Made by a program: the position numbers and the translations under genes. 64,000 nucleotides of DNA from Bacteroidaceae bacterium. Its GTDB lineage: Bacteria > Bacteroidota > Bacteroidia > Bacteroidales > Bacteroidaceae. Positions 16,719-25,225 of the stretch are shown here, one piece after another. The first letter of the stretch is position 1. Each line of letters starts with the position of its first letter. The notes below the pieces were generated by a model. It had not been told where the DNA came from and ran no database searches. It saw only the letters and a list, made by a program, of their open reading frames with translations. The DNA lies in NCBI GenBank assembly GCA_017619335.1, contig JAFZSP010000078.1, positions 26-64,025 of the forward strand. Reading direction: 5' to 3'.

Positions 16719-18532
16719 ATTGTAGCCCCCTGTAGGTGGATTAAAATTGTTTTTGCTTTGGATTCACCAATGACATCAGCTAACTCTTCCATGGATGCTT
16801 CACGGATGCGTTTCACGCTCTTGAAAGCTTTGAGGAGTGCTTGTTTTGTCTTGGGACCGACACCAGGAATGGTGTCCAGTTCCGAGTGCAGTTGGCTCTT
16901 GCTTCGCTTGTCGCGATGGAAGGTGATGGCATATCGATGCACCTCATCCTGTATCTGTGTGAGCAGTCGGAAGAGGGCGCTATCCTGCTTCAGGGCCACT
17001 GTCATCGGAGGATTTCCATAGAGCAATTCGTGGGTGCGATGACGGTCGTCTTTTGCCAGTCCTGCAATGGGAATTTGGAGTCCCAGTTCACCTTCAACGA
17101 CCGCTCTGACAACGTTCATCTGTCCCACGCCTCCGTCTGTTATAATAAGGTCGGGTAGGGGAGTACCTTCCTCTATCATCCGACTGTAACGACGTCTCAC
17201 CACTTCCTGCATGGAGGCGTAATCATCGGGTCCCTGAACGGTCTTGATGTTATATTTACGGTAGTCGGCCTTACTGGGTTTGCACTTCTTGAAGACCACA
17301 CAGCCTGCCACCGCATCCGAGCCGGAGATGTTGGAGTTATCGAAACACTCGATTTGATAGGGTAGGGAAGGGAGCTTCAGATGCTCCTGAATCTCCTTCA
17401 TCAGGCGTACCGCCTTCTGCTCAGGGTTCAGCTTGTCCTGTTGTTTCAGCCGATCCACCTTATATTGCTTCACGTTGAGCTCGGAAAGGGCCAAAAGTTG
17501 TCTTTTGTCACCACGCATAGGTACAGTGATTTCCACATCGTTAAGTGGAAGTTCCACGGGGAACGGTAACACGATTTCCTTGGCTTCTGAGCCCCACCGG
17601 TCACGCATGTCCATGATGCCACGCACCAGCAGTTCTTCTTTGGATTCATCGAGTTTCTTCTTATACTCAAAGGTGAAAGCCTGGTTGATGGCACCCTCCA
17701 CAACATGCAGATAGTTGATGTAGGCAATGCGTTCGTCGTCCTCAATGGAGAAGACATCGATATTATGGCCTGTTGACGTGATGACTTGGCTCTTTTCCTG
17801 ATGTGCACTGATAAGATCATAACGTCGCTTGATGACTTGTGCTTCCTCGAATCGCATCTCTGCTGCCAACTGCTGCATCTGGACGAGCATTTCCTTGCGC
17901 AGGGCTGTAGTGTCTCCTTTCAGAATTCGCACGGCGGCATCGATGTATTGCATATATTCCTCATGACTCTGATAACCCACGCAAGGTCCCAGACAGTTCT
18001 TCATGTGGTATTCCAGGCAGAGCTTATATTTGCCCGATTCCACCCCTTCCTTACTCATCGGTTGGTGGCAACGACGAATAGGATACAGGTTCTTGAAGAG
18101 TTCCAGCAGACCACTGATGGTGGGATAATGACTGTAAGGTCCGAAATACATCGCGCCTTTGCGGTCGATGTGGCGGGTCTTGAAGATACGGGGCAGGTAT
18201 TCCTTGGTGACGGCGATGGAAGGGTAGCTTTTACCGTCTTTCAGCAAGACATTATAACGCGGTTGGAACTGCTTGATGAGTTGGTTCTCGAGAAGCAGGG
18301 CTTCTGCCTCCGTCTTGACGACGGTGTAGTGAATATCCCAAATCTTCGAGACAAGGATGGCCGTCTTACGTGAGTCGTGGTCACGGTTGAAATAGCTACT
18401 CACACGCCGTTTCAAGTTCTTGGCCTTACCCACATAGATAACCGTCCCGTGCTCGTCAAAGTACTGGTAACTCCCAGGTGACTCGGGCAAGCGTTGGAGA
18501 ATACTCTTCAGATGTTCCTCGCGTGCATTCAT
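16715..18532 (-). CDS. uvrC: Excinuclease ABC subunit C
   Basis: N-terminal GIY-YIG (GSYQYF...VIYVGKAKNLKRRVSSY), a UvrBC-interaction region and a C-terminal (HhH)2. 605 aa. Confidence 0.95.
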   Translation of the reverse strand: MNAREEHLKSILQRLPESPGSYQYFDEHGTVIYVGKAKNLKRRVSSYFNRDHDSRKTAILVSKIWDIHYTVVKTEAEALLLENQLIKQFQPRYNVLLKDGKSYPSIAVTKEYLPRIFKTRHIDRKGAMYFGPYSHYPTISGLLELFKNLYPIRRCHQPMSKEGVESGKYKLCLEYHMKNCLGPCVGYQSHEEYMQYIDAAVRILKGDTTALRKEMLVQMQQLAAEMRFEEAQVIKRRYDLISAHQEKSQVITSTGHNIDVFSIEDDERIAYINYLHVVEGAINQAFTFEYKKKLDESKEELLVRGIMDMRDRWGSEAKEIVLPFPVELPLNDVEITVPMRGDKRQLLALSELNVKQYKVDRLKQQDKLNPEQKAVRLMKEIQEHLKLPSLPYQIECFDNSNISGSDAVAGCVVFKKCKPSKADYRKYNIKTVQGPDDYASMQEVVRRRYSRMIEEGTPLPDLIITDGGVGQMNVVRAVVEGELGLQIPIAGLAKDDRHRTHELLYGNPPMTVALKQDSALFRLLTQIQDEVHRYAITFHRDKRSKSQLHSELDTIPGVGPKTKQALLKAFKSVKRIREASMEELADVIGESKAKTILIHLQGATI

Positions 18533-19062
18533 CAGATCTTTATCAGCGTCGTGATGTCCACATCTTCCGGGAAGACAGCGCGCCCGTGCAGACCTTCAAT
18601 GGTCAGCTCAATGATGAAGTTGATATAAGTCCTTTTTGGATTGAACTGACGGACGAGATTGTAGGCAGCAAGCATCGAACCACCAGTGGCCAGAAGGTCG
18701 TCATGCAGGAGCACGACATCCTTTTCCGTGATGGCATCCGTGTGGATTTCGATGGTGTCCTTGCCATATTCCTTCATATAGCTTTCCTGTTTGGTCTCTG
18801 CAGGCAGCTTACCAGGTTTGCGGCACATGACAAAGCCGGCACCTAATTTGTAGGCAAGGGCGGCGCCCACGACAAAGCCGCGGCTCTCGATTCCCACGAC
18901 TTTCGTAATGCCTTTGTCCTTATAGAGATCATAGAGCTCATTCACCATAATGCGGAGGCATTTGGCATTCTTGTACAGCGTGCTGACATCCTTGAATTGA
19001 ATGCCTGGAATCGGGAAGTCGGGCACGTTGCGCAGGTTCTTTAAGAGGGTTTCATTGTTCAT
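18532..19062 (-). CDS. apt: Adenine phosphoribosyltransferase
   Basis: PRPP-binding loop VVLLHDDLLATGGS. 176 aa. Confidence 0.9.
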   Translation of the reverse strand: MNNETLLKNLRNVPDFPIPGIQFKDVSTLYKNAKCLRIMVNELYDLYKDKGITKVVGIESRGFVVGAALAYKLGAGFVMCRKPGKLPAETKQESYMKEYGKDTIEIHTDAITEKDVVLLHDDLLATGGSMLAAYNLVRQFNPKRTYINFIIELTIEGLHGRAVFPEDVDITTLIKI

Positions 19063-19177
19063 TGTTTGCTTTGATTATGTGGAGTTTGAATAATGGTTTC
19101 ACGTGGAACGGGGAGGAGGAGGTAGAGGAGAAAGCGGCGAATAAGCCGCTCACACGACAGGGGGGATGATGGATATT

Positions 19178-21217
19178 TTAGCGTCCAAGGAGGACGAGGA
19201 GGACATTGATATCTGAAGGGGAGACACCAGGGATGCGGGAGGCCTGGGCGAGGGTCTCAGGATCATGTTTGACCAGTTTCTGACGGCCTTCAGTGGAGAT
19301 GGATTGGAGGGAACTGTAATCGAAACGGCCGCGGATGCGGATGTCTTCCAGACGGTGCATCTTCTGGGCTTGCTCCACCTCCCGCATGATATATCCTTTG
19401 TATTTGATCTCTATCTCTGCGGCCTCTGTGATTTCCTCCTGACGATTGGTGACAGAAGCGAGCAGTTCACGCAGACGGGGTAGGGCAGGGGAGAGGTTCT
19501 GGAAGGTCAGTTGAGGACGTCCCAGGAGCTCCATGAGCTTGCAGCCACGAGTGAGAGGAGCTGTTCCCAAGGACTCCAAGAGACCGTTGACATCGTTCAT
19601 CTTCACAGAGTATTCTTCTGCAAAACGGATGATTCTTTCCACCTCTTTCTTTTTCTTTAGATAGTGTTCCAGGCGGTCGTTGGTGGCTACACCCATACGA
19701 TGTCCCAGTTCTGTGAGACGCGCATCGGCATTGTCCTGACGCAGCAGGATGCGGTATTCTGCACGGGAGGTGAACATGCGATAGGGTTCATCCACACCCT
19801 TACAGACAAGGTCATCGATGAGGACGCCGATATATGCTTCGTCACGTTTCAGCACGAGTGGCTCCTGTCCTGTGCAATGTCGAGCCGCATTGATGCCGGC
19901 CAGCAGACCTTGCCCAGCTGCTTCCTCATAGCCTGTAGTACCGTTGACCTGACCTGCCAAATAGAGGCCGGAGATGACACGCGACTCCAAGGAATGATGG
20001 AGCTGAGTGGGGTCAAAGAAGTCATATTCGATGGCATAACCAGGACGGAAAATCTCCAGATTGCGGAAGGCAGGAATGAGTTTCAGGGCTTCTATCTGGA
20101 CGTCTATGGGGAGGGAAGAAGAGAAGCCGTTGAGGTAATATTCATTGGTGCTGGTGCCTTCTGGTTCCAGGAAAAGCTGGTGCTGATCCTTGTCTGGGAA
20201 GGTCACCAATTTGGTCTCAATGCTGGGACAGTAACGGGGGCCTATGCTCTGAATCTGGCCGTTGTAAAGAGGGGAATCTGGGAGTCCGGCACGCAGGCGA
20301 GCGTGAACGGCTTCGTTGGTGTAGGTGATGAAGCAGGGGAGCTGGGAGAGGGGTTGTGACGGCGAATACGCCTTACACCCAATCGTGGGAGAGGCAGGAG
20401 AAGGGGTTGAAGAAAAAGAGGGAGAAAGTGATGAAGACTCCGTGAAAAAGGAGAAACGGCGGCCATCTGTGTCACCGGGCTGCTCTGTCATGAGGGAGAA
20501 ATCCACGCTGCGGGCATCGATGCGGACGGGGGTTCCCGTCTTCATGCGTGCCACACGGATGCCGTGCTGGGCAATGCTCTCGGCCAGTTCCAGGGAGGGA
20601 GGTTCGGCACAGCGTCCACCAGGAAGTTTGACACGACCGATGTGCATCAGGCCATTGAGGAAGGTGCCAGCGGTGAGGATAATGCTCTTGGCGCGAAAGG
20701 TCATGCCGAGGTAGGTTTCCACGCCGACGGCGGTTTTAGTGGGGTGGGTGGCGAAGGGGGGAGTGGCGAAGGCCAAACCTTCGCCCACTCCTGGGGTGGG
20801 GCCATCTGGGGCAGAGGAAACGGGGACGGAATCCACGAGGAGGCGGCGCACCTGGTCTTGCCAGATATGCAGGTTGGGGGTGTTTTCCAGGACTTCACGC
20901 CAAGCCCAGATGAACTTGCCGCGGTCACACTGGGCACGAGGGCTCCACATGGCTGGACCCTTGGAACGGTTGAGCATGCGGAATTGGATGGTGGTGGCAT
21001 CGGTAACGTGCCCCATGGCTCCGCCAAGTGCATCTATCTCTCTGACTATCTGCCCTTTAGCTATCCCTCCAACGGCAGGATTACAGGACATCTGAGCTAT
21101 CTTGTTCATGTCCATTGTAATAAGGAGTGTGCGCGCACCTATCTGGGCGGCAGCGTGTGCAGCCTCACAGCCGGCATGCCCGGCTCCAATCACAATGACA
21201 TCAAAGCTCTGTTCCAA
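19178..21217 (-). CDS. mnmG: tRNA uridine-5-carboxymethylaminomethyl modification enzyme MnmG (GidA), with two low-complexity insertions
   Basis: FAD motif DVIVIGAGHAGCEAA, with conserved MnmG blocks throughout. At 679 aa it is longer than usual. Confidence 0.92.
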   Translation of the reverse strand: MEQSFDVIVIGAGHAGCEAAHAAAQIGARTLLITMDMNKIAQMSCNPAVGGIAKGQIVREIDALGGAMGHVTDATTIQFRMLNRSKGPAMWSPRAQCDRGKFIWAWREVLENTPNLHIWQDQVRRLLVDSVPVSSAPDGPTPGVGEGLAFATPPFATHPTKTAVGVETYLGMTFRAKSIILTAGTFLNGLMHIGRVKLPGGRCAEPPSLELAESIAQHGIRVARMKTGTPVRIDARSVDFSLMTEQPGDTDGRRFSFFTESSSLSPSFSSTPSPASPTIGCKAYSPSQPLSQLPCFITYTNEAVHARLRAGLPDSPLYNGQIQSIGPRYCPSIETKLVTFPDKDQHQLFLEPEGTSTNEYYLNGFSSSLPIDVQIEALKLIPAFRNLEIFRPGYAIEYDFFDPTQLHHSLESRVISGLYLAGQVNGTTGYEEAAGQGLLAGINAARHCTGQEPLVLKRDEAYIGVLIDDLVCKGVDEPYRMFTSRAEYRILLRQDNADARLTELGHRMGVATNDRLEHYLKKKKEVERIIRFAEEYSVKMNDVNGLLESLGTAPLTRGCKLMELLGRPQLTFQNLSPALPRLRELLASVTNRQEEITEAAEIEIKYKGYIMREVEQAQKMHRLEDIRIRGRFDYSSLQSISTEGRQKLVKHDPETLAQASRIPGVSPSDINVLLVLLGR

Positions 21218-21223
21218 AACGTC

Positions 21224-21880
21224 TTATAGTTTTTCGCCGTAGCAGAGGTCACCAGCGTCTCCAAAGCCTGGGACGATGTATTTATTGGCGTTCATGCCTG
21301 GGTCTATGGCTGCACACCAGACAGTGGCATCTTCCGGCAACGTCTGACGAAGGACTTCAAGGCCCTCGGGAGTGGCAATGACACAGGCTATATGCACTTT
21401 CTTGGGAGTTCCTGTCTTGACAAGTGCCTCATAGCTGGCGGCCATCGAGCCTCCTGTGGCCAGCATGGGATCCACGATCATGAGGGTCTTTCCCTTGCAG
21501 GAAGGAGCCGCCATGTACTCTGTGTGAATACCCACCTCTGTGTGCTCGCGGTTGGTGTACATACGATAGGCAGAAACGAAGCCGTTGGCGGCCTTGTCAA
21601 AGACATGCAGGAAGCCCTCGTGGAACGGCAGTCCTGCACGCAACACAGTGGCCACAAGGAGGTCATCCTTTGCCAATGGAATATCCAGGCTTCCCAGGGG
21701 AGTAACGACCGTCTTGGGCTTGTAATCCAGTGTTTTTGACATCTCAAAGGCCATCATCTCTCCGATGCGCTGGATATTGTTGCGGAAGAGAAGACGATTG
21801 CGCTGATAGCTCTTGTCTCGGAGCTCTGCCATGTAGTGGTTGATGACGCTGTTTTGTTCAGCAAAATTAATGATCTTCAT
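21224..21880 (-). CDS. upp: Uracil phosphoribosyltransferase
   Basis: PRPP loop LMIVDPMLATGGS and C-terminal YIVPGFGDAGD. Confidence 0.9.
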   Translation of the reverse strand: MKIINFAEQNSVINHYMAELRDKSYQRNRLLFRNNIQRIGEMMAFEMSKTLDYKPKTVVTPLGSLDIPLAKDDLLVATVLRAGLPFHEGFLHVFDKAANGFVSAYRMYTNREHTEVGIHTEYMAAPSCKGKTLMIVDPMLATGGSMAASYEALVKTGTPKKVHIACVIATPEGLEVLRQTLPEDATVWCAAIDPGMNANKYIVPGFGDAGDLCYGEKL

Positions 21881-22452
21881 CGATTGTCAATGTTTAAGGT
21901 ATAGGATTTATGACTGCACTTATATTTGAAAAGCCTACCACCTTCAGGAGAGATGCCCATATTATTCAGGTCATAAGTCCGCTGGCAGCGGTCACATTGC
22001 ACTTTTCCTAAAGAAATCAATGAAAGGGGCTTGGTGAGAGCGCTGTTTTCATAACAGAAGGGACAGACAATATCATAACAGACCACACCTGGGGCGTCAC
22101 TCATCATCGTGGGCTGTCCCACGATAAAGCCTCCTCCACGCCCTAAACGGAAGCCCTGATAGCCCTCCACAGCCGTCTTGTTAACAGAGGTGGAGCCACC
22201 CAAGTTGGAGAAGAGCAGCGTGGCACCTTTATCCTGAATGAGACAGAAATCGCCAAAACCTCCCATCGCGGCGTTCAGCTGTGAAACGGTATTGGTGTTG
22301 CGGTAAACGAAGTAGGCAGGGAAGGAGTCATACAGCCGTTCTGCCTCGGCACAGGAAAAGAGGAGAGGAAATATCATCCCTGATCCCAATCCAAAGGGCA
22401 AGGGCAATGAATACTTGCTGAAAGCAGCTTTTATCTTTCGTAGTGAAAGCAT
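21877..22452 (-). CDS. Hypothetical lipoprotein-like protein with C-terminal CxxC...CxxC zinc-ribbon-like pair
   Basis: 191-aa ORF overlapping the upp start by 4 bp. Possible lipobox LLFSC. Cysteine pairs CPFC and CDRC. Confidence 0.5.
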   Translation of the reverse strand: MLSLRKIKAAFSKYSLPLPFGLGSGMIFPLLFSCAEAERLYDSFPAYFVYRNTNTVSQLNAAMGGFGDFCLIQDKGATLLFSNLGGSTSVNKTAVEGYQGFRLGRGGGFIVGQPTMMSDAPGVVCYDIVCPFCYENSALTKPLSLISLGKVQCDRCQRTYDLNNMGISPEGGRLFKYKCSHKSYTLNIDNR

Positions 22453-22455
22453 GGG

Positions 22456-23820
22456 TTACTCACAATTAGGAGACGAATCGGGATTGAAGGCCAGCTTCTG
22501 TTCGGCGGCTTTGACTTTCTCGAAGGGGAAACCATCGAGCACGGAGGCGAAGAGGGCGGCGATGCGGTCGTTGCAGAGGTTGCCGATGGAGCCTGGATGG
22601 GTGTGGTGCACTTCTTTAACGGGAGTGAACTGTCCGGCTTCTATGTCAAGACCCACCTTCTTATAAGCATCACGGAAGGGCATTCCGTTGGCGGCCAAGC
22701 GATTGACCTCTTCCACAGAGAACATCAGGTCATAACGCGGGTCATCGAGGATGTGCTCATTGACCTTGATTTTCTCGATGATGTAGGTGGTCATGGAGAG
22801 GCAGTCCTTCAGTTCTGCAAAGGCAGGGAGGAAAACCTCTTTAATAATCTGCAGGTCACGGAAGTAGCCCGTGGGAAGGTTGTTCATGATGAGGGTGACC
22901 TGCTGAGGCAGCGCCTGAAGTTTATTGCACTTGGCACGTGTGAGTTCAAAGACGTCCGGGTTCTTCTTGTGGGGCATGATGCTGGAGCCTGTGGTGCAGT
23001 CATCCGGCAGCTTCACGAATCCGAAGTTCTGGGAGTTGAACATACAGGCATCGAAAGCCAGCTTGGCCAACGTGCCAGCCACGGAGGCAAGGGCGAAGCT
23101 GACGTTACGCTCCATCTTGCCACGTCCCATCTGTGCATAGACCACATTATAGTTCATGGAGTCAAAGCCCAGCAGGTCTGTTGTCAGCTGGCGGTCCAGC
23201 GGGAAGCTGGAACCATAGCCAGCAGCAGAACCCAAGGGATTGCGGTTTACCAGACGGTAGGCAGCCTGCAGGAACAGCAGATCATCCACAAGGCCCTCTG
23301 CGTAGGCTCCGAACCAAAGGCCGAAGCTGGAGGGCATCGCCACTTGCAGATGGGTGTAACCGGGCATGAGGACATTGCTGTAACGTTCACTCTGCCGTTG
23401 CAGGGCCTCGAAGAGCGTCTTTACCATCTCCACGACTTCCTGCAGCTGACGGCGTGTCCAAAGCTTCAAATCCAGAAGCACCTGGTCATTGCGGGAGCGT
23501 CCGCTGTGAATCTTCTTACCAACGTCTCCAAGACGACGTGTCAACATCAACTCCACCTGAGAATGAACATCTTCCACACCGTCTTCAATCTGGAATTCTC
23601 CAGCTCTGATGGTGTGCAGAATAGCTCTCAGTTCGCGATGAATAGCTGCCAGTTCGTCCTGTGTCAGCAGTCCGATTGTCTGTAGCATGGCGGTGTGTGC
23701 AAGTGAACCCAGCACATCACTCTCTGCCAGCAGTACGTCCAACTCACGGTCACGTCCCACGGTGAACCGCTCTATCTCGGCGGTCATCGTTGTATTCTTT
23801 TCCCACAGCTTGCTTGCCAT
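22456..23820 (-). CDS. argH: Argininosuccinate lyase
   Basis: Fumarate-lyase signature GSSIMPHKKNPD. 454 aa. Confidence 0.92.
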   Translation of the reverse strand: MASKLWEKNTTMTAEIERFTVGRDRELDVLLAESDVLGSLAHTAMLQTIGLLTQDELAAIHRELRAILHTIRAGEFQIEDGVEDVHSQVELMLTRRLGDVGKKIHSGRSRNDQVLLDLKLWTRRQLQEVVEMVKTLFEALQRQSERYSNVLMPGYTHLQVAMPSSFGLWFGAYAEGLVDDLLFLQAAYRLVNRNPLGSAAGYGSSFPLDRQLTTDLLGFDSMNYNVVYAQMGRGKMERNVSFALASVAGTLAKLAFDACMFNSQNFGFVKLPDDCTTGSSIMPHKKNPDVFELTRAKCNKLQALPQQVTLIMNNLPTGYFRDLQIIKEVFLPAFAELKDCLSMTTYIIEKIKVNEHILDDPRYDLMFSVEEVNRLAANGMPFRDAYKKVGLDIEAGQFTPVKEVHHTHPGSIGNLCNDRIAALFASVLDGFPFEKVKAAEQKLAFNPDSSPNCE

Positions 23821-23854
23821 ATCTCTAAACGCTAAACCCTAAACTCTCAACTAA

Positions 23855-24337
23855 TCAATACCCATAGGGAATCATCGCCAGCATATCTGCCAACTTCTCA
23901 ATTCCTTCCTGCAGAGGCTTCTTGGCCATCTGGCGCATAAGGAAGTTCAGTTCAGCACCCACAGTGCAGCGCATCTTGCTTTCGTAGGTATTGGTGGGCA
24001 GTACCTGAATCCAGAGATTGGCCTGAATGGGGGCTCCTTCCACAGCAAACTTTACACACTTGGGCTCGTCGCGTTCCACGATGCGAAGCGTTATAGCTCC
24101 CAACGGTGAGTTGGGCAGCGTCACAGTGTCTGTGGTGAACTGCAGCTGGCTGGCCATTTCCACGATTTGACCAATCTTGTCCTCCGGAACCTGACCAGAA
24201 GCACGCAGTTGCTCGATGAAGGCGGGATCGCTGACCCGTTCCTGAATAACGGCCAGGTTATTGAGGTCTGCAAGTTTGTTATAGACAGCAGACTGGGGGA
24301 AATGTATCTGTTTTACAGTGCTTTCAAAAGTAGTCAT
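23855..24337 (-). CDS. SRPBCC-superfamily-like small protein (unknown function)
   Basis: 160-aa ORF between pyrE and argH. The assignment rests on size, context and general sequence style only. Confidence 0.45.
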   Translation of the reverse strand: MTTFESTVKQIHFPQSAVYNKLADLNNLAVIQERVSDPAFIEQLRASGQVPEDKIGQIVEMASQLQFTTDTVTLPNSPLGAITLRIVERDEPKCVKFAVEGAPIQANLWIQVLPTNTYESKMRCTVGAELNFLMRQMAKKPLQEGIEKLADMLAMIPYGY

Positions 24338-24362
24338 ATCTTTTCACTTTAAACGCTAAACG

Positions 24363-24995
24363 TTAAACATTCCAATGGGCCGGGTCACGACGCCAATCAT
24401 TCAGGAGCTCTACATCGCTTTCCTTGATATATCCTGTGGCAAGAGCCTCTGCCACCACTGCCTCGTAGTTGGTCAGAGTGAGGAGCTTCACACCAGCTTC
24501 CTTGAAAGCTTTCTCTGCCACAGAGAAACCGTAGGTGTAGGCAGCCACCATTCCTACGACCTCGCAGCCGTTCTGGCGGATGGCCTCCACCGCTTTCAGG
24601 GAACTGCCGCCCGTGGAGATGAGGTCCTCGATGACCACCACTTTCATGCCAGGTCGCAGTTCACCCTCAATGAGGTTCTCCAGTCCGTGATCTTTTGGTT
24701 TGCTGCGGACATAGACAAAGGGCAGTGCCAACAAGTCTGCCACCAATGCCCCTTGCGGGATGGCACCAGTGGCCACACCTGCCACAGCTTCCACGCCAGG
24801 AAAGTTCTCCATGACGAGACGGGCAATCTCCACTTTCACGAAGGAGCGCAGTTCAGGATAGGACAACGTCTTACGGTTGTCGCAGTAGAAAGGTGACTTC
24901 CACCCACTGGCCCATGTGAAGGGATTGGTGGGTTGTAATTTAATCGCTTTTACCTTCAGCAGCTTGGCTGCGAAAATCTTCTTTAAATGATCCAT
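24363..24995 (-). CDS. pyrE: Orotate phosphoribosyltransferase
   Basis: PRPP loop VVVIEDLISTGGS. 210 aa. Confidence 0.92.
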   Translation of the reverse strand: MDHLKKIFAAKLLKVKAIKLQPTNPFTWASGWKSPFYCDNRKTLSYPELRSFVKVEIARLVMENFPGVEAVAGVATGAIPQGALVADLLALPFVYVRSKPKDHGLENLIEGELRPGMKVVVIEDLISTGGSSLKAVEAIRQNGCEVVGMVAAYTYGFSVAEKAFKEAGVKLLTLTNYEAVVAEALATGYIKESDVELLNDWRRDPAHWNV

Positions 24996-25078
24996 ATTGC
25001 AATTTTACGATTTTACATTTGACAATTAAACATTCTTTATCATACGTCTTTTTCTCTCCTTTTTTCATTTTGACGGTG

Positions 25079-25086
25079 CAAAGGTA
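25079..25086 (-). promoter_or_regulatory. -7 promoter box TACCTTTG (minus strand) for the pyrE operon
   Basis: Plus-strand CAAAGGTA, about 85 nt upstream of the pyrE ATG. Confidence 0.4.
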
Positions 25087-25182
25087 AGCAAAAAAACAAT
25101 GCGCGAGGTCACTTTTTAGGCTAAATCACATAAATGAGCAAAAAATAGTAGCAGTTTCGCCCATAAACTCTAAACTTTTCAC

Positions 25183-25190
25183 TAATTTTG
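25183..25190 (+). promoter_or_regulatory. -7 promoter box TAATTTTG
   Basis: Lies 36 nt upstream of the ATG at 25226 and is followed by CGCCCGAATT. Confidence 0.45.
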
Positions 25191-25225
25191 CGCCCGAATT
25201 ACGCTAAAACATCAAACTTCTAACA

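Noticed and set aside
19133-19150. Short hairpin agcggc-ttattc-gccgct (minus strand) downstream of mnmG as a terminator
   Set aside because: The stem is only 6 bp and has no real T-tract, so it is too weak to annotate.
22597-23685. 362-aa plus-strand ORF inside argH, and similar long antisense ORFs (26546..27607, 25775..26425, 7363..8307, 11953..12939, 9706..10341, 19664..20359, 20564..21229, 33014..33688, 38221..38922, 52724..53440, 54256..54894, 55907..56626, 58458..59171)
   Set aside because: All lie antisense to genes with clear family motifs. They have no recognisable domains and are expected by chance at this GC content and codon bias.
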